Shown here piece by piece: positions 51,265 through 64,000 of a stretch of 64,000 bases of DNA; the first letter of the stretch is position 1, and the number at the start of each line of letters is the position of its first letter. The notes under the pieces were generated by a model. The model did no database searches. It saw nothing but the letters and a program-made list of their open reading frames with translations, and had not been told where the DNA came from. Made by a program: the position numbers and the translations under genes. The DNA is taken from the NCBI RefSeq assembly GCF_009914755.1, contig NC_060930.1; one strand, 5' to 3'. The DNA is from the human T2T-CHM13v2.0 reference genome, Homo sapiens.

Positions 51265-51860
51265 CAAAAAATAATAAATAAATGAACAAAATATATGGCA
51301 TGTCAGATGATGATAAGTGCTACAAGAAAGACGCAGCTGAAAAGGAGGTGAGAGAGAATTAAATTAGGGTAGGTGAGCCCCATTGATAAGGTGGTGTTTA
51401 TACAGAGACTTCATAGACATGAGAAAAGGAAGTGTATGTGTATCTGGGAAGTGAGCATTCCAGGGAAGGATGTGCACTGGCCCCAAGGCAGAACTGTGCT
51501 TGAGAACAGAAAAGAAGCCAAGAGGCGGCAGAGGAGGGAAAGTGAGGAGAGGGACTCGAAGCTGAGGTCAGAGGGAGTGGTGAAGTTTTTGATATCAAGC
51601 CCTGTGGGCCAATAAAGACCTTGCCTTTTGCTGTGAGTCATATGGAAAGCCACTGGAGGATAAGATCAGAAGAGTGGACTGCTGATCTAACTTTTCGAAA
51701 GAGTCCCTCTGGCTGCTGTGTGAAGAAAGGAATCATATCCAGGCTGCTCAGCCTGTGCCACTGAGCAGCCTGAAATTAGAAGGGGTGGGAAGGAGCAGTT
51801 AAAGTATGGATGTATTCTGAAGATTTAGCCAACACGGCTTGCTAATGGACTGGATTTTAA
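51265..51860 (-). mobile_element. L2a fragment
   Basis: tcagatgatgataagtgcta...gcattccaggga...tggatgtattctgaagatttagccaac. Confidence 0.7.
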
Positions 51861-53152
51861 ATAGAAGTTATTTATCATGGAGCGCAAAACTTAGAAAATG
51901 CTAAGGTCTAGCTTCTATGTTTATACTTGCTATGGCATAGACCCTGGACATGAACCCTGGGTTTGAAGACCCAGAACATGCATTTTAAGAGAAGATCTTC
52001 CAACCATCCAAGGAAGATTCTGCAAATTGAGGAACTGAGTAAACACAGCAAACAGTTGCCTAGGCTACCTGAGGGAATAGTTCACAGGTTAAAGTAGAAA
52101 GAATAGTTGCTTTGATCAAAATGTGGCATGAGAATAAATCCTGGCTTTTCCACTTACCTTTAAAATTTAAATTACCATATAGGTTAAATTCATTCACCTG
52201 TCCATCAAATCATTTATCCATTCCACTGACATTTAGTGGATACCTACCATGTTCCAAACACTTTGTAGGTACGCAGGAATAAAGCATGAACAAAACATAT
52301 GAAAATAATCTGTGAACTATTCTGAGAGATGTGGATAAAACATTAACAGTGGAGCCCTTTATGAAATCCACTATAACATTAAATTTTAAATTCCAGCTGG
52401 ATTTAGCTTTATGGACTTCCAGATAAGAATAGCCTAATAAATTCTAGTTTAAAGGTGTAACATTGAACAGAATTTAGAAAATTCTTTTCTAATGTTGAAA
52501 CAAAGGACTTTTGCAATAGTTGCATTAAAAAAAAAACATTGACTCACAAATGAATAGCTAGTGGAGGGCAGGATTTCTAGATAAGCAGGACAAACAATCT
52601 CCACTGTTTCTCACCAACTATGGAGCTAATGGGGACGGTGGCTTTAAGCCAACTACCACTTAAGGGGAAAAAAAAACTTACCATTCAACAAGTGAAATAG
52701 TTAGTGTGGAATGGATAGCATCTTTGAAATTTGATTTTCAGCAGTCTCCCCAAGTGACTGAATACATTTTTTCAAACTATTTACTTTTGTATCATGTCTT
52801 CTCATGGTCAAATTCAGGATGAATTTTATGACAGGATTTGGTCTAATGCTGCTGAATTGTCTCATAAATATCTTGACAAGTCATTTGAAACATGCTGGGC
52901 CTCTAAAGAGGCTGACTGACATGAAAGCACTAACTTGGAATCATCAGGGCTTAAGGGTAACTTATGGACCCTAAGGCAGAGCCCCAAATCAAGATCATAA
53001 AATTACAGACAGTGAGTTGAAATTGAGACCAGTCTAGATTGGTACCAGCTTCTTTGGGTTTCTTCGGTAGCAGGGTGGAGTCAGGTGGCTGGTGCCATGG
53101 AAGCATTTTGGATCTGGTACCTACTGGCTACAATTCATTGTTAGATTCAAGG

Positions 53153-53237
53153 ATGTGTCCAGGCTTTGGGAAGCCCTTCTGGGGACTGGAAAGGGAGGGT
53201 CCAGTACCCAGAAGGGCTTCCCAAAGCCTGGGCACAT
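53153..53237. repeat. Hairpin inverted repeat, 38-bp arms, 9-nt loop
   Basis: 36/38 Watson-Crick complementary positions. Confidence 0.95.
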
Positions 53238-53436
53238 ATTCAGAGTCCAGCCAAGTGGGCTGAATTTCAGGACAATTTTCTGGGTCCATCCAAGGGAAGG
53301 AAGCACAGATTCAGATCGGAAGGTGTAGCAAGGGACAGGAAAGCCTGTTTTATAGTGAGCTCTGAGCTTTGGTCATTCATTACCAGGATTACCTGATAAC
53401 ATGGTATATTGCTGCCATCCAGTTTAAGGTACACAC

Positions 53437-53440
<4 letters not shown>

Positions 53441-53490
<50 letters not shown>
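53441..53490. repeat. Perfect (AT)25 microsatellite
   Basis: Directly visible. Confidence 0.97.
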
Positions 53491-53494
<4 letters not shown>

Positions 53495-54423
53495 CTTTAT
53501 ATTTCTCTGGGCTTAACTGAACTTAGCTTAAGGCACATGAATTTATCATTCATACAATAATTATTTAGCATTTTTATATCTGGGCCTGGCTAGGATTAAC
53601 AGGTATTGACAAAGAGGATTTGAGATTTCTGAAATCTTTATTTAGCATAACCTAAATCAACAACTAGGATTGATAGAAATTAAAAAGCACTGATTTATTT
53701 TAAAAGTGAAAATTTCTTTATATTTTGATGCAATATTTTAAAAATATGGTACAGATTTGATTCCTAGGTATTTACTAATAGTTCTGCATTTTGAACACCA
53801 TTATCTATATTAGGCATATTGACCTTCATGATTTTTGTACAATTAATTTTTGCTTAATTTATTTTCTAATTTATAGAGACGTGAACAGTTGCCATAACCA
53901 TGAACATTTACAGATCAATGGCTATTGGAGTTATTTAATTTATACATGGCTCAGAAGGTGGCAACCATTTCTTTCAAATGTTATATGGACAGTTCTAGAA
54001 TGTATGCAGATATCCTGGGGAAATGGAGGGGTGGGTTTCTTTACAGAAAAGAATGACCTGAGATCAACCTAACAAAAGCTTGGTTGTGAAGAAATCTATC
54101 AGAACAAAATTGTACATATGAAAAGATATAATTCTTGCATGTGACTCCTCAACTGTATTTACCAGGATGACCCTGTGACCTTTCATTTACTTTAGATTGA
54201 TTGTTGATTTATTTCTTACTCATTTGTTCACACTTTTACTCTGTCCCCACCCTGTGCCATCCTTGAGCTCAATGCTTTCTCTTGCTCCACTTTGGCTTGG
54301 CACAGACCTTGATCTGATGCTTGAACTCAGCTTCACCTGCTATCCTGGATCACTGTTGTTGTTTTTCATTCCTCGGTGCTTCCCGAGTTCCCTAGCAGAT
54401 AGCCTCACCCTAGCTCAACAATA

Positions 54424-54478
54424 CCACCACCACCACCAGCACCCCCGCCACCACCCCCCCCACCCACCCCACCACCCT
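54424..54478. repeat. C-rich (CCA)n/poly-C tract
   Basis: ccaccaccaccacc...cccccgcc...cccccccc...cccacccccaccaccc. Confidence 0.85.
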
Positions 54479-57400
54479 TGACCCTCTCCATACACACTCT
54501 GGTAGACTGTTTTTTGGCGTCCTTACCTTGATAAGCTTAACAAAGACTAATAATAACAAATAACACACCACATTACTATTTACAAAGTGTTTACATATTC
54601 ATTTTCCTGTTTGAGATAGTGGTTCCTGTTTCAAAATAGAAAAGGAAGAGTGAGATATGGGTTAAAGGAGGACTATGTTTTTCATAAATATTTACACATA
54701 TTTACATATGTAAAAGTCCACATAAGTGTTTATAAATATGTTTCAGTGATAGGATGGAAGGTCAAATATATATGGACTCTTATGATATATACAAAGTTTT
54801 ATTTGTTTATCAGAAAAATACTGCTCTGCAAATCTTCTAATTTGATAGCCATTATTTATCAATAAATTGTATTCATTATTGAGGAAATCATTACTTTGGT
54901 GATGTTTGTCATATCTGATTTAAAAGCAACCTCTTACTCTTGAGAAGCGAGAACAGGAGAGTGTTCATTCAGTATGAGTGAAGATGGAGACAGCAACCCA
55001 GAGCATTATAGGAGAAAGGCTGGACATGTTTTAAACACTGGATAAATGCAAGGCACGGTTATATGCCAAGTCGCATTGGACTGGAAGAGATCGGGAGACC
55101 CAAGCCTTTGTCTACATGACTTGTCTGACTTATCTCACATCTTCCATTTCTACATTTAAAATAGGTGAACTAGATGTAGGACCCTGTTATTTCAAATATA
55201 TGTGACAAGAGATATCTATGCCCCTTTCCTTTTGAAAATATTTCTGGTGTCTCTTGATATTTGAAAAATAAAATTTTACGAATTTAAGAGTCCAAAACTA
55301 AATTTCACTGTTATGAGAATTTTGCTTTTGCTTGTCACCATAATAACTTGTTATTTATTTTAATCTTATCTGGTTGGTCAAAACTTCAGGTCAGCTTTAC
55401 GATATATTTGATATGGTCCATTTATACTTGGAACTGATCCATTGTAGGTAATAAACCAATTAAGGCAGAAAACTACCCTTAGACAAAGTTGGTATTTTTA
55501 AATGAGCTGGCATTTGAAATGATTATTTTGATGTTAATATTATATATATTTTATACATTATGCATTTAGAGATTATATTTATGAAACATTTCAATATAAC
55601 ATTGCATCCAAATTTGCATATAGTATACATAACCCAAATTATGGATTTTGATACATATTCTTTTAATCATACCAAAGTTGCATCTTTTCATTTACTCATT
55701 CCATCTTCAGTTGTTTATAACAATGTGAATGGTATGAAATTATGTGTTTATATAATAATTACTCCATATATCAATATCATCAGAACTGAGAAACTTATTA
55801 GCTTATCTTCTAGAAATGCCATTAATGCCTTGAGATTTTCTTCTCTCTACTTAATAGGGTTAAATAGATGCCTTCCATTTTAGAAAGGAACAGTCTTATT
55901 ATTTCTTATTTCTGAGAAAGGACTAGATACTCCTTGAGATGTCTGTAATAAGGTAAAATTGTTAACTTTCAACATGCTGTTTTCCTAACTTTGTGTATGT
56001 ATGGGACCCATGATCTTATCTAGCCTTTTGAAATGAATCACTGGAATTAAGAAATTTAAAAGAAAAAAAATACTGTGTAAAACTATGCTATGAAAGAAAA
56101 ATTATTAAATATGCTCTTTTCATATAGTTTGCTAATTAAATACTGCAGCTGTTATGTGGAGGGAAAGTTGCAGATATGATGAGATATTGAGTTTGTCATT
56201 TCTGAAGAGTTACATTTGGCTAATCTGTCTTAACAAACTAGAATTTTCCATACTTTTATGAGGAGTATGCGTAGTAAGTATGATGTATATATCTTTGCAT
56301 AGACATATGTACACAAACAAGATTTACTAAAATATTTTAAATTAAAAATGTAAATCTAAGACCTGCATCCTCAACCTTTAATTTCCAAAGAAATATAAAT
56401 TTTGCTGATTATCAATCTCATTCACCTTTTCTTTGTAAATAAACCAGAAAACAGCATATTTAGAGAGTACATTCAACAGCATTACTATTTCATCACCTGT
56501 TTCAGTAATAAAGTGACAGAATGCACCTTTAAAATAATACTTTGGTTGTATCTTAAAAATTAAAATTGAGAGTAATGATAATTAAATTGTTAATCTGTCT
56601 GTTAACTTAGTCAACTATAAGAAAACTGATTTTTTAGAAAGGGGTAAAGTAATAAAAATAGTCTATTCATTAGATTCTCCCTTAATTTTAAAGGAAAAGT
56701 CTCTTATAATACATTTTGAGGCATATTTTCCTATTTTCTTCTGCACACTGCTATGCAGTGCTTAAGAGAAGGTAAGGACATCTTTTAGAGAAACTGAGTA
56801 TTTCTAGTTCAGAGTTATTTGAATGCTGGTTACTTGGAGTGGAAGACTTGATCGTGGGCAGACTAGCAATTAAAGATCATGAAAGTCTACACTCCAGGAG
56901 GCGATAGACACTTGACTTGCTCACTCCTTTCTCAGTCAAATGCCCTCCCTATATGCCATCTGTGGGCTGTGTCAGGCTTAGGGATCCTGAAGGAAAACTA
57001 CTTTTGGAGAAATAAATGACTGCTTGATATGATTGAAGTGATTGGTTTATACGTTAGTCTTTTTGAGTTATGTCATCTGTATGTTCCAGAGGTATTAAAG
57101 TTTGCTTTCCTTCTTTTAAATTCTAGATCTAAATAAATTTAATTTTGGTCAGATTTGGGGCTAAAATTTGATATAGTCATTCAGTTTTTTTTCCCCAAGG
57201 GATAATTACATAATCTTTCTTGACGTGGACTTAGAATGTACAGTTTCACAGGCTTGAAAGACTAGTAGTCAGACGAAGTCGTATTCTGATGAACAAACCT
57301 TCTTAAGCATGTTCTGCAATGTCCAGATAGAATTAATACCAATCCAAATTCATTTTTCTCAGAAAGTTTATTATCTTTAAAAATCTTATCATTAGCAACC

Positions 57401-57479
57401 TTGGGATCTCAAAATTATAGTCTTAGAACATTCTACAAGTCTTTTATTTGTGCAGTTCCTTAATCACTACTATTTCTAC

Positions 57480-57700
57480 AAAATAACTGCTAATATTTAT
57501 TGAGTGCCTCCTGTGTCACTTCATACTAAGTCCTCCTCATAATTTATTTCCTTCTGTCTTCCTATCACTTTCATCTGGCAGGTATGCTCATTTTCCTGTT
57601 CTCGGGCAATAATTTGCCCCAGGTGGCTTACCTGGTGAGTAGCAGAATGAGGATTTCACGTCCTGTTGCCTGGCTGTAGGCTTTGAGTCTTAACCACACA
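57480..57700 (-). mobile_element. MIR relic
   Basis: gctaatatttattgagtgcct...aatttgccccagg...gagtagcagaatgaggattt. Confidence 0.6.
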
Positions 57701-58479
57701 CCGTAAGGCACCCAGAGTGTGAACTTTCCATATGATGCAGACCAGCTTTCTGTTTCTGCAATTCTGCATTTTATGGAAATGGAAGCATTGTTTTAAGGAT
57801 GATGTGTGACCAAATTACATTTTAAAAATCTTTGGTAATACTGACATTGTAAAGATGAAGATCCAGTCCCTGCTCTGTGGAGCTCCAGGTTTCTGGAGAG
57901 ATAGTTTATCAGATAATTGCGTTGTGTTATTTCAACGGTCAAAAAAGAACATGGCAATTCTGTCATGGGGAGGGCTTTGGAGAAGACCAGATGCCTGAGA
58001 TCAAGGGAGAGCAAAATACTTCATTTTTGTGTAACATTCTCCCGTGCAACTTTGTTCCACATTTCATGATATCCTTTTCATATCTAAATTCACATGGACT
58101 TCTGATTGTGCTGTGTATTCCAAACCATGCATTTCCCCACAGTTTCATTGTGTTTGCTTTCATATGCTTTTCCATTTCTCTTTACTACTATGTAAAACAT
58201 GTATTTTACTTTATTAGGTTCTTGAGGAAGGGTAATTATCCTTTTTAAATTTTTTTTTCAAAATATATAACTGCATTTAACTCTTCTTTTTCTGACTTCT
58301 GAGATTTAAAATGTGTTAATTATACACTTAAAATGGAGATTTACAGTGGTAATGTACATTTAAAATGGTGATTATTCATGCCTCCCTGTGTCCTCCCCTT
58401 TTGTTTTGTAGCTGTACTTAATAGGAAATACGGAAAAGGGCAAGAGGATTGCCCAGATTTAACACAGTGTCTAGTAACA

Positions 58480-58715
58480 ATTATTGCTAACCCCTATTAT
58501 GCATTATTCTATGCCAAACACTGTTGCCAGCATTTTTCATGGATTATTTTATTTACTCACTTTAACTTTATGCATAGATAACTGTTGTTATGCCTGTTTT
58601 AGAGATGATAAAACCAAGGCACAGAGTGGTTAAATAACTTGTCCCAAAATCATGTACCTAGTTAGTGGCAGAGTGAAAACATGAACTGAAGAAGTCTGAT
58701 TCTAGATACTGCATG
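58480..58715 (-). mobile_element. MIR SINE
   Basis: ttttagagatgataaaaccaaggcacagagtggttaaataacttgtcccaa...agttagtggcagag. Confidence 0.8.
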
Positions 58716-59007
58716 TTTCAAACTTAATTGGGGCTTCTCAGCTTGGAGGCAAATCTGTAATTTATGAACCGGTCATTCATAAATATTCAGTAAGCATTTC
58801 CTGGCTCACATTAGAGAATTATTTTTCCGTATGATATGGTGGTGTTTAAATGTTATAAAGGGGAGCATATTGGATAGGTCAAAGAGTAGGTCAGAAGTTA
58901 GGTGTACGCTTATTGAAATCTGGGTTCTGCCATAATTAGTTGTGTGACTTTTTAAAAATCAGTTCCTTCCATCCTTCAAGCTCTCAGCTTCTTCGTTTGG
59001 GTGATGA

Positions 59008-59447
<440 letters not shown>

Positions 59448-59449
59448 TC

Positions 59450-60378
59450 AAGTTTTTAATGTTGGATACTCCTTTGGTGATCTCATCCAGTCTCTGATCT
59501 TTAAATACCATTTTTTATAGGGAAGATTCACACTTTTATCTCCAACCTAGACCTCTTCCCTGATCTGTAGACATCTAATCCATTGGCAATCCTGTTGGCT
59601 CTACCCTTAAAATATAACCAGAATTTAATAAATTTCTACATCTTTATTGCTACCAACCTAGCTCAGAGGTTCATCTCCATCTCGGTGATTGCAGTAGCCT
59701 TCTAACTTGTCTCCTTATGGTATATTCTCTGCACAACACCCAAAGTAAGCCATTAAAAGATTAAGTCAGAGCCTGTTGTTCCTCTGCTCAAACCTGGCTT
59801 CCAATCTCACTCAAAGTCACAATCTTTACAGTGGCCTTTGAGGCTCTACACAAACAGGCCCTTAGTTGCACCTTTGACATTGTCTGTTATCTGTCTCCTC
59901 CTCAGTTAATTCACCCTAGCCAAAATAGCAGGATGTGGTCTTTGAATGTGCCAGACGTATGCACCTGCCTCAGGGCTTTTGCACTTACTTTCCTCTATGT
60001 CTAAAACGTTCATCTCTTAAGTGTTTGTATAACTCACTCCCTCAGCCCCTTCGGGTGTTTTCCAAAATATCTTTTGAATAAAGCTTTCCCTGACTACCCA
60101 TTTTATAATAGCATTCATTCCTCAACTGCTGGACACTCCTTACTTGCTTTACTTTGCCCAATAGTAATGAACATTCTCTAGGTAGCATAATAAATTTTAG
60201 TTTTTTTGTTTTGTTACTCTTTTCTGTCTCCATCAATTAGTATATAAGTGTTATGAGGGTATAGATTTTGTAGATTTTTATTTCAGTTTTGTATACTTAA
60301 CCACCTAGGACAGTCCTTGACACATATTATGCACTTAATAAACATTTGTTGAATTCATGTATGAATAAATGAATGAAA
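59450..60378 (+). mobile_element. L2a 3' portion
   Basis: gtgatctcatccagtctc...ctctgctcaaa...ctcagggcttttgcactt...taataaacatttgttgaat...gaatgaa terminus. Confidence 0.85.
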
Positions 60379-60499
60379 GAATGGCATTTGAGTTTTATTA
60401 GGAACTTTTATCTTCTTTTGAAAATGATGGCAAGTTAGTTTTGGTCTCTTATTCTGATAGCTGGGGCCTATGAGTGAATGTATGCTGAAACAAAATGCC

Positions 60500-60793
60500 T
60501 CATGATCCAGGCCAGAAATGTAAGTGTATGAAATGCTTTGAGTGCAAATAATATAGGAATGTGGGGGCTGTAATAAACCACAGGGTTAACCCCTAATCAG
60601 TGGGCTACATCTCATTGCTGTCATAGGCAAACAGTGCCTTGCCATTTGACTTAGAAGAAGCAGCTGCAAATCCAGATTTTTATGAGAGCTCCAGCAATTC
60701 ATAAATATCGATTTCCAATTCAAAATTTTGTGTGGGTAAAATAAAACATCTTCTAGCAAGATTCAACTTGTGGACTGCCAATTTGAGAGCTCT
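60500..60793. mobile_element. MER102-like hAT-Charlie fossil
   Basis: aaatccagatttttatg and tgtgtgggtaaaataaaacatc...gactgccaatttgagagctct. Confidence 0.55.
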
Positions 60794-61054
60794 AGTAAAA
60801 GAAGTATAAACTTCAGACATCTATCTATTTTAGCAAACTTTACCTGGTTTAAAATGTCGTCAGAAAAGTTTGTAAAATAACTTGAGTAGAAAATGTAGGA
60901 CATGAAATACCAATCAAATCAAGAATGTCTGATGAAGAATAATTCCTAGAATCTTTTTGCAGTGTTTCTGGCTCCCTTTGCCATTTCTCTTGTTTGCTCT
61001 TCATTCTGATAAGGGCCTGATCTTTGATGTTGACAGTCTAATTGAACCAAAAAA

Positions 61055-61530
61055 TGAACAAATAAAATTTATTGAGTTCCCATTATGTGCCATGCAGTGT
61101 TCTAGGTGCCAGGGTTACAAGAATGAAGACAAAAGTACACCTTGATATGAAACTTCCATCCTACTTGGAGGGGAGAGAAAGGTGACAGATAATGTTCAAA
61201 TTAACTCGTGAAAAAGATAATTTTACATAGACCTAAGTGCAATAAGTACATAAACAAAATGTTCTGATAGAGAATGCTGGGGTTAGGTGTTGGCTAGTTT
61301 ATACTAAGTGGTTGATGAGGGTATGTTTGAGATGGGGACTTTTGAGCACAGACCAGTTGGCAAGAAAGGCAACCGTTCAAATATGTGGGCAGAGCTTCTA
61401 GACAATGGGGATATGAGATGAAGAAACCATAAAGCTGAAAGGAACTTATTGTGCATGGAGAACAGCAAACTGGACAGAGGGGCTGGAGTGCAGTGAGGGA
61501 GAGAGCTGAGGTGGGTGAAGTTAGGGAAGT
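61055..61530 (-). mobile_element. L2 fragment
   Basis: atttattgagttcccattatgtgcc...tgttctaggtgc...ggctggagtgcagtgagg. Confidence 0.75.
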
Positions 61531-61549
61531 TGGCACCTGTGGCTCTATT

Positions 61550-62600
61550 CTTTGTCGTTTGCTCTCTGTATCTTTTTCGTACTTCAGTTTGCTACATCTT
61601 CACATTTGCTGATCTTTTCCACTTCAGTGTCAAATGTGCTATTAATCCAGTCCAAAGAATTTATTTTTATTTTAAATGTTCTATATTTTAGCTTTAGAAA
61701 TTGCATTTCATTCCATTTCTATACATTTCATTTCTTTTTTTGTTATATTCATGTCTTCACTAGATTCTTGAATATATTTATGATAATATCAATTATCAAT
61801 TCATATCAATTTCTTCAGATTATATTATCTCTGTTATTTCTGGGCCTATTTCTAATGACTGATTTTTCTTCTGCTTACATTTTCTTTGCATGACAAGTAA
61901 CATTTTAGGAGATGCTGGATATTTGGCTGTTGACTGTCTGGGTTTTATTGTCTTTTTTATGGAGTGTTAAACCTTGTTTGAGAAGGCTGTTAAGTAACTT
62001 CCGAATCAGCTTAAATTTTAGAGGCTTGTTTTTAAATGGTATTATAGTGAGGCTGCTGAAGCCCTTAATCTAGTGTTAGTTTTGTCTTACCATTAAGGTG
62101 TGAACTTTCAGGATCTCAGTTGAATGTGTCCGGTATTTAGTGAGGCCTCTGTACTCTGGCTGGATAAAATACAAATGTCTTCTAGCTCCCTGTAAACTGC
62201 ATATTGTTAAGATTACAGCTTATTAATTGGCCCTTTCTTTTGCACAGTCTTGTTGTGTTTCAACCTATGTATATGCAGTTCAGTCTTTAGCAACTATATA
62301 GTGAGTCCCCATGCAGATTTCTGGAGCTCTCTGTCTACTTAGCTGTGTTATCCCCAGTACCCTGCCCTGCAGACACCAGACACCTTAACCTTCCAGAACT
62401 CTATCTGACTGCTTAACTGAGGATACCCCCTCCCGCATCACAGTCCAGAAAGCTACTGTAGACAGACAGTTGTGATAATAGTGCTGACCTTCTTTGTTTC
62501 CCTTCTTTCCTGGATTACAGTCCTCCACTGCCTTTGTCTAACATCTAAAATCAACCATTTCACTTATTTCTCTGGATTTCTAAATGTTTCATTACAGGAA
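61550..62600 (-). mobile_element. Old L1M (L1ME/M4-like) internal/5' fragments
   Basis: cagtgtcaaatgtgctattaatccagtcc...tttagctttagaa; agtccccatgcagatttctggagctctc. Confidence 0.6.
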
Positions 62601-62654
62601 GGGTGTTGGGTACAAGTTCTTTAACATGGTCATGAATGATGTTGAGAAAGATTC

Positions 62655-62810
62655 TTTTCCCATAACATTTTATTATGGAAATTTTCAAATGTGTACAGAG
62701 GTAGAGAAAGGAACCTAATGAACCCTTATACCCACCATCCATCTTTAACAATTAGCTACATGGTGCCAAATTTGTTCACCTATACCTTCTTCCCAGCCTC
62801 TTACCCATCT
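62655..62810 (-). mobile_element. L1MC/ME 3' terminus
   Basis: ttttattatggaaattttcaaatgtgtacagaggtagaga...aatgaaccc. Confidence 0.7.
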
Positions 62811-64000
62811 AGATCATAAGAAAGAATTTAGAAGAATTTAAAATGGCAAAACTTCATGCTGTGTTAAAGAAAAAAAAAAAAACAGGAGAAGATAGTATTT
62901 ATTGAATCTCTTCTTTATTTATTTGGTACTTATTCTTGAACTATAGATCTCAATCTGTTTTATTATCACAGAAACCTTACAACTTAATCTTTTTGAATGC
63001 TGCCAAATCTATTTTAAATAAAGCTTTGATTTGCATTTTTATTTTTGTTGCCCAAAGCTTTACAAATAGTCTGATAGTTTCAACAGTTTGTATACCTTAT
63101 GCATCATCTTGTGTATACAATGTGATTCATATCACATACAATGTGATTTGGTTGCAACTGATAAAACACAGTAACGTCACAATTCATTGGCTACCATAGA
63201 TTTGACCAGTAATATCTTGTTCAAAAGGAAGTTTGTGTTGACTGTTTTTTTGTTATGAGGAGGAGCTTAAAAGGTAAACAATGAAACAACATGGAAAATG
63301 TTTTAAAACAATATAATACTTAATATTAAGTGAAAGAAACTACACAACACTTTCATCTACATTTCATAAATGGTTAAGAATGTCATATACGTACATATAA
63401 AATTGGTATAACAGGTAATTTGAATCTTAAAAGAAATCTAGAAAAAAATTAAGTTAGTGATTTTTCTAACAGATATGTGAGAATATATTTTTTCTTTTAA
63501 AAATTTATTTGACACTATTTCATCAGTAAATACAAGTTAGAAAGCATTAAAAAGAAAATAATTGGAATCTATTGTTAATGGACATATCCAGCTGACTTAA
63601 CTTACTAATGCATGATGATAATGAGGCCAGAATTGTAGCTGGATTGAAAGGAGAATGACAGAAACACAGTCAAAGCCAAGCTTAATAAAAGGAAGAATCA
63701 TGCAAGACAGAATGAAAGTTGGAAAATCAGTCGCCTGTAGCAAAACCAACAAAGTTAATACCACTAACAAAGCTTCACATGTCTTAGCTCAAAATATCAT
63801 CAGTGACAATTGTGAAGAGTTGATCATCTTGTCCCAACACTAATGATATTTCAGGCATGTATCTACAAGTTCAAATGATAGTAAGTTCATAGCTTATTAT
63901 ACTTGAAAACAAGCATATATTACAATAAAATATCACTGTGGGTAGTAATTTCTTTACTTTGGAATAAATTTCACATGTAAAAACCATGTCTGTAAGTTGT

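Noticed and set aside
53039-53306. Same peptide MCPGFGKPFW on both strands
   Set aside because: Direct consequence of the DNA hairpin, not coding.

Overview
AT-rich primate (AluY-bearing, so catarrhine and most likely human or great ape) non-coding genomic DNA. I found no credible protein-coding exon, tRNA, rRNA or CRISPR array. The listed ORFs are chance frames or translations of Alu, L1, L2, THE1 and simple repeats. The window is a mosaic of interspersed repeats: 10 Alus plus a FAM monomer, many MIR/L2/L3 relics, old L1M and L1P 3' fragments, a THE1 solo LTR, and MADE2, Tigger2a, Tigger4, MER58A and MER102 DNA-transposon fossils. Most L1 and Alu copies lie on the minus strand, which suggests (inference only) a long intron of a plus-strand gene that I cannot name. 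Two structures stand out beyond the repeats. The first is a recent ~255-bp, ~99% identical inverted duplication (47745-48002 / 48695-48947) around a 692-bp spacer. The second is a near-perfect 38-bp-stem, pri-miRNA-sized hairpin (53153-53237). Smaller template-switch-like scars, a diverged direct repeat and a few exon-like or enhancer-like segments are also reported. I see no evidence for a multi-gene novel system. Repeat family calls are from memory of consensus sequences, and their boundaries are approximate unless a TSD is given.
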